Notes: a model not told the origin generated them from the letters alone. A stretch of 64,000 nt of DNA from Candidatus Uhrbacteria bacterium (GCA_016844925.1 JAERTI010000043.1:2386-66385); one strand, 5' to 3'. Shown: positions 18,831 through 28,329, counted from the stretch's first letter. A program made the numbers and translations.

Positions 18831-19330
18831 TAGGCGGATCGGTTGCGGTCGGGGTATCCGGCCGCGACGGCATCGCTGAGGAGGCCGTAGGGCAGGTTCT
18901 TGGCGAACTCCAGGTTCAGGGTCCTTGCCCACATGTGCGGGCTGATCCCCTTCAGGATAGCCCCATCGAAGTCGGTGCTGTACAGGTTGACTCCTTCGAG
19001 ATTCGCTCTCGTGAGATCCGCCCCGGAGAGGTCCGCCTCACGGAGGATGGCACCCTGCAAGTAGGCCTGAGCCAGGTTTGCGCCCTGCAGTCTCGCGCCC
19101 TGGAAGTTGGCCTGGGCGAGATTTGCACAAGAGAAGTCCGCCTCCTGCAGGTGGCTGAATCGGAAGTCTGCACGACAGATGCGCTGCCCCGGGAGCTTGA
19201 TTGCCCCCAGCTGCATTCCTGCCAGCACCGCACTGTCCAGATCGAAGCTTCCTTCAGCGCGACGACTCATCCATTGCTGAATCGCCACCGGTCCGCTGCG
19301 GACGATGGCGACGTGTTCGGAGTTGGCCAT
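18830..19330 (-). CDS. pentapeptide-repeat protein
   Basis: MANSEHVAIV start. Conserved 5' leader with CCGGCACCGCCGG hairpin, shared with 23197..23904. Confidence 0.7.
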   Translation of the reverse strand: MANSEHVAIVRSGPVAIQQWMSRRAEGSFDLDSAVLAGMQLGAIKLPGQRICRADFRFSHLQEADFSCANLAQANFQGARLQGANLAQAYLQGAILREADLSGADLTRANLEGVNLYSTDFDGAILKGISPHMWARTLNLEFAKNLPYGLLSDAVAAGYPDRNRSA

Positions 19331-19334
19331 AAGG

Positions 19335-19525
19335 CCCTTTCTGCCGGCGATGCCGGTCTCGGGTTAGACGCGCAAGACGTCCCTTCCCGATTTTAGGCGG
19401 AGGCTCATTCCTCCATCTCCCGTCTCGACTGGGGTCGAGGTGGGGGATGGAGTCCCGAGCCGCGTATGCGTCGAGTCTCCCATACCGGTTATACCCGGTG
19501 AGTCTCGAGCGATGGCTCGGAAATG
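19335..19525 (-). repeat. cassette-boundary element
   Basis: ctccatctcccgtctcgactggggtcgaggtgggggatggagtcccgagc followed by the ccggttatacccggtgagtctcgagc extension. Confidence 0.7.
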
Positions 19526-19553
19526 AACAGCGGTTGTGCTGTTAGTCGTTGGG

Positions 19554-20198
19554 TTAGTCTTCCCGCAGGACCAGGGAGTCGCAATTTGATGGCCAGTGTT
19601 CGTGGAGCCATTGCTTGCCCCAAGTCCAGATTGGCTTGCCAGAAGTGTCATGACCCCAGGTGAGGTACCGGACGAACAAGAGGTCGTCGCACTGGTAGAC
19701 CGTTCCCCAGAAGACGGTTTTCTTGAACGGAGCTTTCTTCTGGCTGTAGGGAACGTATTTCCAGTCGTTCGGAATCAAGACCGGGTACTTCAGCAAAAAG
19801 TCCAGAATGCAGCTGTTGGGAGTTTCAAACTTCCTATAGGCATCCTGTAGATCCAGACCGGTGGCAGCTTGGCCTGTGGCCGGGTTTAGTCTCCGATCGA
19901 AGTAGTGGTTGAATGCGCTTGGATCCCAGTAACGCATCTCCCACTGATTGTGAAACGCGATGCTGCAGCCCGTGATGGGCATGGGTTCTGCGTTCTGGTC
20001 GATCGGAATGCCGTATCCAGGCAGGAGGACGCGACCGTTGCGAACTTGTCGAAGAGTGTCTTGAACGAGTTGGAGATCAAGATCGCCATTTCTGACACTG
20101 TTGAAGATCTGGTTCAGGTGCGCCTCAACGCGGTCAAGCGAGGGGTGCAAGAGTTCGAGTAGTTCTTCAGGAATATCACCGGAAGGATCACTCATCAT
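19554..20198 (-). CDS. hypothetical protein, family B-like (LIPNDWK ... VFWGTVY)
   Basis: AAGGGAGA RBS followed by ATGATG. N-terminus trimmed from the track ORF. Confidence 0.5.
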   Translation of the reverse strand: MMSDPSGDIPEELLELLHPSLDRVEAHLNQIFNSVRNGDLDLQLVQDTLRQVRNGRVLLPGYGIPIDQNAEPMPITGCSIAFHNQWEMRYWDPSAFNHYFDRRLNPATGQAATGLDLQDAYRKFETPNSCILDFLLKYPVLIPNDWKYVPYSQKKAPFKKTVFWGTVYQCDDLLFVRYLTWGHDTSGKPIWTWGKQWLHEHWPSNCDSLVLRED

Positions 20199-20224
20199 TC
20201 TCCCTTTCGTAGCTCTATTGAAGG

Positions 20225-20340
20225 ACCATTCCTCCATCTCCCGTCTCGACTGGGGTCGAAGCGGGGGATGGAGTCCCGAGCGCGTGTTGCTCAGGTCGTG
20301 CCCATAACCGTTGTTCTTATGGCTTATCGACCCGTTGTCG
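20225..20340 (-). repeat. cassette-boundary element
   Basis: ctccatctcccgtctcgactggggtcgaagcgggggatggagtcccgagcgc. Confidence 0.7.
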
Positions 20341-20378
20341 ATCAAGAACCTGTACGGAGATGGGGTGTACGTGATGAC

Positions 20379-20634
20379 TCAGGGGTTGAGCATGCACCGG
20401 TCGAACGTCACGTTGATGAAGTGCGTCTTCTCAAAATCGACGTCGATGAGCGTGCAGTCCTCGAGCGTGCAATCGATGAACGTCTTTCCCGCCAGTTCTT
20501 TTCCTGAGAACGTGGCAAGGACGATGTGCTCATCTTCAATGGTTTCCACGTCAGCGATGCGACGATTCCATTGGACCGAGTTGTGTTGATCTACTCCTTG
20601 CGCTAGCACTTTTTCAACTATGTCAGTTAGATTC
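20379..20634 (-). CDS. small pentapeptide-repeat-like protein (low-GC cassette)
   Basis: TTG start after GAAAGGAGAG. Qnr-like FSGKELAGKTFIDCTLEDCTLIDVDF repeats. About 40% GC. Confidence 0.4.
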
Positions 20635-20669
20635 AATGTATCTCTCCTTTCAAATTGAAGGCGTTTTGT

Positions 20670-20800
20670 TGCCTCCATCTCCCGTCTCGACTGGGGTCGA
20701 AACAGGGGATGGAGTCCCGAGCGCTGAAGTAGCGTCCGAGACTCCGTCCCGATGTAGATCGGTGAGTCCCGGCATGGCGCTCGGGTTCGTTGTTGTTGTG
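20670..20800 (-). repeat. cassette-boundary element
   Basis: ctccatctcccgtctcgactggggtcgaaacaggggatggagtcccgagcgc. Confidence 0.7.
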
Positions 20801-22381
20801 CTAGGCGGCCAGCACCCTACGCGGATCGAACTTGCTGCGGTTGGGGCGCCGGGGGTTGTATCCCGGGATGGACTTGGCCCACTGGGGCCCGCGTCCGCGC
20901 TTGGTGCGCTGTCCACGCACGCGGTGCATGCCCTCGTGGCCGAGCATGCTCATCAGGTTCAGGTCGATGCCCTCCCTGGCCAGGTCCATCTCCATGTCGG
21001 TGATGGCATCCTCGTCCATGAGGGCCCAGACCTCTTCTTCCTGCAGGTCGACTTCTCCCCAGTAGGAGAGGTCTTCGCAGTCGGCGCACATGCAGAACTC
21101 GGAGTCCCAGTGGCCGTCCTCTTCCATCCAGAGCCAATCGCGGTCCAACCACGATTCGTCGTCGTACCACTGGTCGACGTCGGGGTCCCAGTCGTAGATC
21201 AGGTCCTGATCGAGCAGGTCCCTCTCTTCCTGTTCCTGGGTGTAGCGGCTCATCCAGTAGCCCTCCTCGTCCCTGTCGGGCGTAAGGAGGCTGTTGACGC
21301 GCTCACGCCAGCCGTAGTCCGGATCTTCATCCCACGACTCAGTGGTCATGAAGGAGTATCGCTCTTGGGCGATGGCAGCTGCTTCTTTGTCGTAGAAGCG
21401 ATGCCAAGGTGAGGAGAAGGTGTGTCGCGTTCCGAAGTCGGAAAACAGGACGTCTGGAACCAGTCGGATCTGGGGATTCATTTCTGCGTCGAGGATCATC
21501 TCCCAGAGCAGCTGCTCTTCGCGATGCCAGCTGAAGATCTCTTCACGCCAGCAGACCACGTTGTCACCGAGCTTTCGGATCTCTTCCCAGTACACTTCCT
21601 CGTGCACCGTCATGGCAGCATCGGTCATGCCGTGCTGGTCCGAACTGTCTCGGAGCAGAGCCCCTATCTCGTCGTTGGTGTAGCGGACCTCGGACAGGTC
21701 GTGAACGCTACCCACGGCGTCGGTGGCGAGCCGGAGCTTCTCCGTCTCGCCGACGAACGGGCTCACCTTGCACAGCACCTGACCGATGTCCTCCAGGGCC
21801 TTCCAGCCCCAGTAGTCCAGCGGCTTGCGCTGCTTGCGAGACTTTTGGTTCACTCGACGCTGCCACTGCTTGCGCGGCTTCTTTGCCGTGCGCTTCCAGC
21901 AGGCGGCTCGACGCTCTCGAGCGTTCTCTTTGGCATTCAGTTCGAAGTCCCCGTAGTAGTTGGCGTTCTGCCAAACTCGTCGGTCCGACTTGTCACCACG
22001 AATCTTCAGAGCTGCGCGGCTGTGTGCGAAGCCAGCAAGGTCGTCCTCTCCCAGTTCGGACAGGTCTCCTTGAATCATCTCCAGGGCGCGGGTGGCGGCC
22101 AGGCGCAGGGCGACGCAGAACATGTCTTCGGTCACCGGTTCGTCACCGGCGATGATGTAGCCCTCGGCCCAGTAGGCGGGGGTCCAGACCATGTCGACCA
22201 GGGTCCTGTGGTACTCGAACTCCATGCCCCAGTACTGAACCAGCCGATCAGCCAGAGCCAGGACGGTTTCGTTCTCTTCCAGCTCCTCGCTGTAGGTCTC
22301 GTACGGGTCCCGGTGCCTCATCCAGGCTCCCAGAGCCACGACGTCTATCGGGCCAAGGTTCTGAATGTACGATGTGTCCAT
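20801..22381 (-). CDS. acidic Trp/Tyr-rich protein, family C (C-terminal GRGPQWAKSIPGYNPRRPNRSKFDPRRV motif)
   Basis: 526 aa. The motif is shared with 24576, 40785 and 42683. Confidence 0.5.
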   Translation of the reverse strand: MDTSYIQNLGPIDVVALGAWMRHRDPYETYSEELEENETVLALADRLVQYWGMEFEYHRTLVDMVWTPAYWAEGYIIAGDEPVTEDMFCVALRLAATRALEMIQGDLSELGEDDLAGFAHSRAALKIRGDKSDRRVWQNANYYGDFELNAKENARERRAACWKRTAKKPRKQWQRRVNQKSRKQRKPLDYWGWKALEDIGQVLCKVSPFVGETEKLRLATDAVGSVHDLSEVRYTNDEIGALLRDSSDQHGMTDAAMTVHEEVYWEEIRKLGDNVVCWREEIFSWHREEQLLWEMILDAEMNPQIRLVPDVLFSDFGTRHTFSSPWHRFYDKEAAAIAQERYSFMTTESWDEDPDYGWRERVNSLLTPDRDEEGYWMSRYTQEQEERDLLDQDLIYDWDPDVDQWYDDESWLDRDWLWMEEDGHWDSEFCMCADCEDLSYWGEVDLQEEEVWALMDEDAITDMEMDLAREGIDLNLMSMLGHEGMHRVRGQRTKRGRGPQWAKSIPGYNPRRPNRSKFDPRRVLAA

Positions 22382-22424
22382 CGATCTGCCTTCCTGCAGA
22401 GGGGTGGTGTGATGTGCGAACAGA

Positions 22425-22560
22425 GTGTCTTCTTACACTCCATACGTGTCGAGAAAGCCAAGTGGGTCTGTGCTCCCAATGGTCTTCTCGCCACAGATGG
22501 AGTCCCGAGCCGTAGCGTTTGGACCCCTCAAAAAATATTGTTGGGTCCCGAGTTGGTTCG
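22425..22560 (-). repeat. cassette-boundary element (variant with a CTCTTACACTCCATAC left arm)
   Basis: gtctgtgctcc...ctcgccacagatggagtcccgagccgtagcg. Confidence 0.6.
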
Positions 22561-22604
22561 GGTACGAGTGCTGTGTGCACTCAGGCGGCGTTACCGGGCG
22601 AGGT

Positions 22605-23057
22605 TTACTTCCCCAGTTTTGTTGCGGTGAGCTTCGCTTCAGTCAGTCTTGCATCGGCCAAACTTGCTCCAGACAAGTCAGCGTTGTACAGGTTCACACC
22701 TGACAACTCTGCTCCAGACAAGTTGGCTCCTGACAGGTCGGCTTGTGCCAGGTAAGTCCTGTGCAGTTTCGCTCTGCTTAGGTTCGCCTCGCGTAGGTTC
22801 GCTCTGTGCAGTCTTGCCCAGGAGAGCGTCGCATCAAGCAGATCTGCGCCGGAGAGATCTGCGCTGCAAAGATTCGCTCCTTGCAGGTTGGCACCGCGGA
22901 GGATTATGCCGGACAGGTTGGCTTCAGCGAGATCTACCCAAGGGAGTTGTGCCATGGACAGATCCAGGGTTTCCTTTGGGTGCTCGCTTCGCCACATGTC
23001 GATGGCTTCCTTGCCTCTGAAGGCACGGATTTCCGCAAGTAGTTCCTCTTTGGTCAT
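22605..23057 (-). CDS. pentapeptide-repeat protein
   Basis: Start MTKEELLAEIRAF. A perfect 14-bp palindrome, GCGACAATTGTCGC, lies 25 nt upstream. Confidence 0.65.
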   Translation of the reverse strand: MTKEELLAEIRAFRGKEAIDMWRSEHPKETLDLSMAQLPWVDLAEANLSGIILRGANLQGANLCSADLSGADLLDATLSWARLHRANLREANLSRAKLHRTYLAQADLSGANLSGAELSGVNLYNADLSGASLADARLTEAKLTATKLGK

Positions 23058-23092
23058 GTGACCATCCTTTCCGCGACAATTGTCGCAAAGAC

Positions 23093-23215
23093 GTTCCTCC
23101 ATCTCCCGCCTCGACTTGAGTCGAAGTGGGGGATGGAGTCCCGAGCGTACAAGTGCCGGCTACTCCATTCTGACTGTGTGTCAGGGGGTGCCGATACTAC
23201 TCGGGGTCGTTGTTC
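23093..23215 (-). repeat. cassette-boundary element
   Basis: ctccatctcccgcctcgacttgagtcgaagtgggggatggagtcccgagcgtacaagtgccgg. Confidence 0.7.
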
Positions 23216-23904
23216 GGTGCGATCACTTCAGGGCACGTGTTGTGCCCAAGTGCCCGCAAGTCCTTCTCGCGATTGCTCCAGAGCACTCTCAGGACGTAGC
23301 GTTCACTCAGTCCGTAGGTGTCCCAGGCGAACGTGAAGGCCGTCTGATCTTCCGTGTCCTCACCGCGCAGGTGCGTTTCCGGACAGCGGCCAAGGCCGGT
23401 TTCGTTCACTTCTCGCACGGTCTCCTTACGGATTAGTGCGTTGAGAAGGTTTGTCCGGTTGGTTGCGGGGGCGCTGTCCCAGAGCTTCAGAAACGAGGGC
23501 GCCCAGTTCGTTGGATCCAGGATGGTGTCCTGAATCTTAGCGTCCTGAAGGTTGGCCCCCTCCATGCGCACGCCGTCGAGCTGTGCTCCAGTCAGGTTGG
23601 CACCGACCAGAACAGCGTTGAAGAGCCTTGCTCCGCGCAGGTCTGCTCCAGAGAGATCTACCCCTGTCAGGTCGAGCCCTCGCGGTGTGTCATCCAGGCT
23701 TCCAGCCAGTTCCCAGGCTTCTTTCTGGGAGATCCCTTCAGGGAAGAATCCTTCCCGAAGAAGATCTTCTTCCACCTGCCTAGCAGAAGGCTCGAACAGC
23801 TCTGCGCCAGCGAGGTTCATGGGTTTGCCGCGATGCTTCCTTTTCCAGATCAGAAAAGCGATGTCGCTTTTCTTGAGCGCTTCGACGAGTTTCTGGTCGG
23901 CCAT
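23197..23904 (-). CDS. pentapeptide-repeat protein (subtype 1 C-terminal domain)
   Basis: ORF track; pentapeptide repeats in the middle and a GTIL...LWDS C-terminal domain. Confidence 0.65.
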   Translation of the reverse strand: MADQKLVEALKKSDIAFLIWKRKHRGKPMNLAGAELFEPSARQVEEDLLREGFFPEGISQKEAWELAGSLDDTPRGLDLTGVDLSGADLRGARLFNAVLVGANLTGAQLDGVRMEGANLQDAKIQDTILDPTNWAPSFLKLWDSAPATNRTNLLNALIRKETVREVNETGLGRCPETHLRGEDTEDQTAFTFAWDTYGLSERYVLRVLWSNREKDLRALGHNTCPEVIAPNNDPE

Positions 23905-24110
23905 GAGGCCCTTTCTGCCGGCGGTGCCGGTCTCGGGTTAGACGCGCAAGACGTCCCTTCCCGTGGTTGAATGATCGTCCTCCATCTCCCGTCTCGACCG
24001 GAGTCGAGCTGGAGGATGGAGTCCCGAGCACGTCTTGCTCGGGTCATGCCCACACATACTGCTCTAGATGCCTAGAGTCACGTAGGTATGTGTGGGAGGG
24101 GTGTACAGTT
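23905..24110 (-). repeat. cassette-boundary element plus the conserved PRP 5' leader
   Basis: ctccatctcccgtctcgaccggagtcgagctggaggatggagtcccgagcacgtcttgctcggg. Confidence 0.7.
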
Positions 24111-24125
24111 TGCAGCTAGTTCATA

Positions 24126-24380
24126 CTAGTTGCTGACGTCCACCATGTTGGCGTTGAGGATCAGCAGACCGTGCGGCGTCTTGATGTGCAGGCGATCGCC
24201 CAGCTGCTTGCCCTGCAACGTGCCGGTCGCCAACTCGTAGGAGCCGGAGTTGCGCGTGAAGATCCCCTTCACGATGCACTCGGCCGTGTTCAAGGAGCGC
24301 CCCTCACCCTGAGGAACGCAGCAGACGACGCGGTGAAGCAAAGGCTTGGGAAAGGAGATCAGCGACGGAAGGGTGTTCAT
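24126..24380 (-). CDS. hypothetical small protein
   Basis: 84-aa ORF with a competing plus-strand frame. Weak call. Confidence 0.3.
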   Translation of the reverse strand: MNTLPSLISFPKPLLHRVVCCVPQGEGRSLNTAECIVKGIFTRNSGSYELATGTLQGKQLGDRLHIKTPHGLLILNANMVDVSN

Positions 24381-24454
24381 TTCTTATCCATTCTGCAGCG
24401 AGACATGCTGCGCCTGACTTGGGTCCCGACCCAGATCAGGTTAAACAGGAGGAT

Positions 24455-24575
24455 CATTCCCCCCATCTCCCATCTCGACCGGAGTCGAAGTGGGGGATGG
24501 AGTCCCGAGCGTATGCTGTGAGACCCCGTTTCGAAATATTCGATAGGTCTTTGAGCGTGACGCTCGGGTAGGAGG
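24455..24575 (-). repeat. cassette-boundary element
   Basis: ccccatctcccatctcgaccggagtcgaagtgggggatggagtcccgagcg. Confidence 0.65.
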
Positions 24576-25055
24576 TTAGTGGGGGGCGATCGGATTGTGG
24601 CGGCGGTGCACTCTGGTTACGCGACACTCCCACTGCTTGGCGCAGTTTCGGCTTGAGCGCTTCCAGGATCGTCCGCGGCGCATGCGTCCGAGTTCCTTTT
24701 CGGCGATTTTTCCGAAGTAGCCGGGGTTGTACGAGTCCTTGCGGATTTTGTGTGCGGCCCTGGTGGGACCGTAGGACGAGAGGCTCGACTCGTCAGCGGT
24801 CTCCAACAGGTGTCGGAGAGCTTCCTTCTCCTCGATCAAGCTTTTTTCAGCTTGGTCGACGAAGTCGCTGTACACGTCGTAGCCCTCGAGAGAATCCCAG
24901 TCTTCCTCGATCCAGCTATCTTCCTCGATGTGGGAGGCGTAAAGCTCCTCCCAGAGCTCCTCGTTGTTGAAAGGTTCCTGTTCTTGTTCGAGTTTGGCCA
25001 CAAGGGCCCCCAGATTCTCCGACTGGTAGCAGTCAGAGTGTTGATTGGATGTCAC
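24576..25055 (-). CDS. acidic Trp-rich protein, family C (GPTRAAHKIRKDSYNPGYFGK)
   Basis: GTG start abutting the element. Motif homologous to the C-terminus of 20801 and 40785. Confidence 0.45.
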   Translation of the reverse strand: MTSNQHSDCYQSENLGALVAKLEQEQEPFNNEELWEELYASHIEEDSWIEEDWDSLEGYDVYSDFVDQAEKSLIEEKEALRHLLETADESSLSSYGPTRAAHKIRKDSYNPGYFGKIAEKELGRMRRGRSWKRSSRNCAKQWECRVTRVHRRHNPIAPH

Positions 25056-25180
25056 TCCATCTCTCGTCTCGACCGGAGTCGAGGTGGGGGATGGAGTCCC
25101 GAGCGCGTAAGGGCTCTAGAGACTCCTTTGCCGATTGTTATACCTCGGCGAGTCTCGAGTGATGCTCGGGAAGTGGTGTG
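25056..25180 (-). repeat. cassette-boundary element
   Basis: ctccatctctcgtctcgaccggagtcgaggtgggggatggagtcccgagcgcg followed by the ctctagagactcc extension. Confidence 0.7.
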
Positions 25181-25185
25181 ACGCT

Positions 25186-25776
25186 TCAGTTTCTCGCGAA
25201 GATGAAGCGGGTCGTAGGCGGGAATCGGTGCTCTTTGCTTAGGCGCTGAACGCTGACACAATCTCCACGTGATGTCGTTCTGTGCAGAACGTACAGGTCG
25301 TTCCAGATCGCATCTGTGTGGAAGAACATCGAGAGGAAGAGTTCGTCTTCTATAATGGCTGTGCTCAGCAGCAGGGCGGGTGCCTCCTCCTGTGTGCAGA
25401 CGTTCAGGCCATGCTTGTAGGCCGCACCGATGATTTCATTGAGGGTCGCGCCTTCGTGGCTGAAACCAAGATCTTCGACGGAGACCAGGACCAGTTCGAC
25501 TCGCTTCATGTACCCCAGATCGTGGATCCGCAACTTCTCGATGAACTCCTTGCTCATCCCGACTCCAGCAATTCGGAGTGCGTAGATGTAGTTCATGGCG
25601 GAGTAGAATCGTCCGAGCCAAACCGTTCGCCAGGTGGGGAACTTCGCGGGCCAAGGGTTCTGCCTCTGGACGAACTTCTCCAGGGCCTTCACCCAGAGTT
25701 CTCTTTCGGTCCCGATGAACGTCCAGAGTACTTGCATTACCACAGCAGTTCGTTGGAGCAGTTGTGTGTCGCCCAT
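25186..25776 (-). CDS. hypothetical protein, family A
   Basis: AAAGGAGA RBS. Paralog of 11109..11738. Confidence 0.45.
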   Translation of the reverse strand: MGDTQLLQRTAVVMQVLWTFIGTERELWVKALEKFVQRQNPWPAKFPTWRTVWLGRFYSAMNYIYALRIAGVGMSKEFIEKLRIHDLGYMKRVELVLVSVEDLGFSHEGATLNEIIGAAYKHGLNVCTQEEAPALLLSTAIIEDELFLSMFFHTDAIWNDLYVLHRTTSRGDCVSVQRLSKEHRFPPTTRFIFARN

Positions 25777-25779
25777 GGG

Positions 25780-26005
25780 GGCAATCTCCTTTTCTTCAGC
25801 TAATCCAGCTGACAGGTCCGGTCGCGCCGGAGCGGTTGTGGTGAACAATTGGAGAATGATTCCTCCATCTCACCGTCCGTCTTAGACGGCAGGTGAGATG
25901 GAGTCCCGAATCGCGTATTCGATTCAGGGGTTCCCGTCTCAGGTGAATCAGAACTGGTCTTTGTATTAACCACGATCCTGATTCCGTCCCTGGAGGGGCA
26001 TAAAA
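25780..26005 (-). repeat. cassette-boundary element (leader module, hairpin 1, CCCGAATCG hairpin 2, and the AT-rich GAATCAGAACTGG module)
   Basis: ggttgtggtgaacaattggagaatgattcctccatctcaccgtccgtcttagacggcaggtgagatggagtcccgaatcgcgtattcgattcagg. Confidence 0.7.
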
Positions 26006-26009
26006 GGTG

Positions 26010-26462
26010 CTAGAGGGTCATAGAGCTCATGACTACCACGAGTCCCAGTGTGTAGAACTGGAAGATGCTCAGAACAAGTGCGGCAAGAGCAAGTCGTATA
26101 AATCCTTGTGGATTCGTCAATTCAAGAGCCGCGACGGATCCAGACATCACCAGCGCCAGGCAACCAGCCAAGTAGCACAGGGCGAACATGAGCCAGTTCG
26201 GGTCAGACAGTGGGCCAACTTCCCGGAGAAAGATGACGCTTGAAATGCTCAGGCTCACACTCAGGGCAAGCCAGATCAGGCGCTTCCACAGTCGTGGGGT
26301 CGCAAGGGTCTCGAATAGGGCTTCGAGCTTCTGGTCCAGGCTGATGCCGAACCTTTGTTGGAAAATGGGTTCCAGGGTCGGAACAAAGATCCAACAGAAA
26401 GCGTAGAGGACTCCCAGGCAGTTTTGCGTGCTCCGGATCATCCAGTCCTTGAGGCGCTTCAT
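26010..26462 (-). CDS. membrane protein, translationally coupled (ATGA overlap) to the upstream family-B gene
   Basis: Start MKRLKDWMIR overlaps the stop of 26459..27022. 4 TM helices. Confidence 0.45.
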   Translation of the reverse strand: MKRLKDWMIRSTQNCLGVLYAFCWIFVPTLEPIFQQRFGISLDQKLEALFETLATPRLWKRLIWLALSVSLSISSVIFLREVGPLSDPNWLMFALCYLAGCLALVMSGSVAALELTNPQGFIRLALAALVLSIFQFYTLGLVVVMSSMTL

Positions 26463-27022
26463 CGATTCGCTCCTTCCTTGAGCATCACCATGTAGCAGCT
26501 GTCGGACAGGCGGTTCCTGAACGCGTGAGCGTCTGTATCCCACCAGGGTCCGTTTCGGTACATGTAGCGGAGGCACTTGTCTGGGCCAGAGTAGGGTTGA
26601 ATTGTCCCAGGGAAGAAGATCTTCCGTGGCTTGCCCTGTTCGTCGTGCTTCCAAGCTTCGGGGATCAGCTTCCCTCGCTTAGTCAGCGCATTCATCACCC
26701 CTGCGTGTACGGCCCGGTCCATGGGCATCACTGCCATGACATCTGCAAGCTTGTACCCCACACCAAAGTGAGCGATAGGGACAAGCTCAATGTCGTCAGC
26801 ATTCCATGTGAAGGTTCCTGTTCCGTTGTGAAAGTCGATGCCGCCGTAGGGAGGCTCGGTTTCCAGGATCACGGTTGGCTTGCGCTGCGGAACACCGTCG
26901 ATGACGTTCTGAAGCCCTTGGAGAACATGATCCAAGTCGAGCTTTCCCTTGCGCGTCTTGCGCAAGATCTCTTCGGCAAGGAGGGCGACTCGTCCGTACT
27001 GCGCGTTGTCGATACGCATCAC
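26459..27022 (-). CDS. hypothetical protein, family B (RKGKLDLD ... LIPEAWK ... KIFFPGTI)
   Basis: Close paralog of 33193..33765. Confidence 0.5.
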   Translation of the reverse strand: MMRIDNAQYGRVALLAEEILRKTRKGKLDLDHVLQGLQNVIDGVPQRKPTVILETEPPYGGIDFHNGTGTFTWNADDIELVPIAHFGVGYKLADVMAVMPMDRAVHAGVMNALTKRGKLIPEAWKHDEQGKPRKIFFPGTIQPYSGPDKCLRYMYRNGPWWDTDAHAFRNRLSDSCYMVMLKEGANR

Positions 27023-27099
27023 GTTCCTTTCTGCGGCAGAGAGGCCGCTCCATCCTGGTCCAATCCAGGATGGGGTTGAGTTGAAGGTACGTTTGAAGG

Positions 27100-27210
27100 C
27101 TCATTCCTCCATCTCCCGTCTCGACCGGAGTCGAAACAGAGGATGGAGTCCCGAGATGGATCTCGGGTCGTGTCCACCAGGTCGTTTGTGCCTGGTGGGT
27201 TTAAGAGGGG
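27100..27210 (-). repeat. cassette-boundary element
   Basis: ctccatctcccgtctcgaccggagtcgaaacagaggatggagtcccgagatggatctcggg. Confidence 0.7.
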
Positions 27211-27486
27211 CTAGGTGAGCAAGACTCGAGTTTCCTCGATGGCCGCCTGCGCGTTCGGGCCCAGGGTCCGCAGGGTGAGCACCTTGTCGTACAGGTGCGG
27301 CTGCAGGTTTCCGGGGTGGAAAAGGTGCCAGGAACCAGAGAGATCCTGGGCCAGCAGGCCGTGGATCAGCTCAGGGTTGTCGATGCAGTCGATCCGGTAA
27401 GCACTGCACGCGTTGACCTGATCCGCTCGGTCCCAGTCGATCAGCTCCAGTTGCTGGACGGAAATCTCGGTAAAGGCGATGTTCAT
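27211..27486 (-). CDS. hypothetical small protein
   Basis: Start MNIAFTEISV follows the conserved leader gcagagaggatcgaagcATG. Confidence 0.4.
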   Translation of the reverse strand: MNIAFTEISVQQLELIDWDRADQVNACSAYRIDCIDNPELIHGLLAQDLSGSWHLFHPGNLQPHLYDKVLTLRTLGPNAQAAIEETRVLLT

Positions 27487-27489
27487 GCT

Positions 27490-27720
27490 TCGATCCTCTC
27501 TGCAGCTTGACTCACTGCATCCACCACTGAGTTCCAACTCAGGGTGAGTCTCTTGCGAAGGTTCATTCCTCCATCTTTAGCGAGAGTGCGCTAGGTCTGT
27601 GCTCCTAACGTCTCTCGCTACAGATGGAGTCCCGAACATACAAGCGCCGGCCACTCCATTCTGACGAGGTGTCAGTGGGGCCCGGTGTTGTTCGGGGTTT
27701 AGGTACTCACCTGATGTCTA
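27490..27720 (-). repeat. cassette-boundary element (leader module plus hairpin 1 variant CTCCATCTTTAGCGAGAG...CTCTCGCTACAGATGGAG)
   Basis: Direct read. The same hairpin-1 variant occurs at 30450 and 33840. Confidence 0.7.
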
Positions 27721-27771
27721 TCAGGTACTACGAGGAGGTGCTCGTCGCAGTAGTCGTAGTCGGCGTAGCTG

Positions 27772-28299
27772 TCAGCTGCCGATGATTCCGTTGATGACCT
27801 TGAAGGTCTTGTGGAACTCGCGGATATCTGCTCGTGCACTCAGGATCCAGTCTCCGAGCTCGTAGATGAACCAGAAGGTCCAGTAGAACAGGACGGCATG
27901 GGTCATCACGCTGGGCGAGGAGGTGCGTGTGATCAGCTCCGCTACGAAGATGAATGCTCCGCTGTAGAGCGTGGCACGGTGCATACGTGGCGCGTTCTTC
28001 ATGGACAGTCGCTGGTACCACTCGTCCTTTCTGTTGGGGAGATCGAGGGGGGTGTTCCGAGCCACCTGGATCATCTCCAGGATCACGAAGGTCAGGATGC
28101 CGTTGTCCTTCCGTGGGTGTTCGAGGATGGCACGTTCTCCCGCGGTCAGACTCAGCTTCTCCTCCATCGTCTCGCGGACAGTGGAGATGTTTTGTGAAAG
28201 TCGGGGCCCCTTCAAGAGCCGACGACCCGCAAGAAACATGGCGTGAATTGCCGTGAGAGTGATCAGCACACCAGGTGCCACCTGCAAGAGGGATTCCAT
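27772..28299 (-). CDS. membrane protein
   Basis: GAAAGG RBS and start MESLLQVAPGV. Multiple TM helices. Confidence 0.45.
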   Translation of the reverse strand: MESLLQVAPGVLITLTAIHAMFLAGRRLLKGPRLSQNISTVRETMEEKLSLTAGERAILEHPRKDNGILTFVILEMIQVARNTPLDLPNRKDEWYQRLSMKNAPRMHRATLYSGAFIFVAELITRTSSPSVMTHAVLFYWTFWFIYELGDWILSARADIREFHKTFKVINGIIGS

Positions 28300-28329
28300 G
28301 TAGGAAACCTTTCTCTGTTGGGTTGGTTT

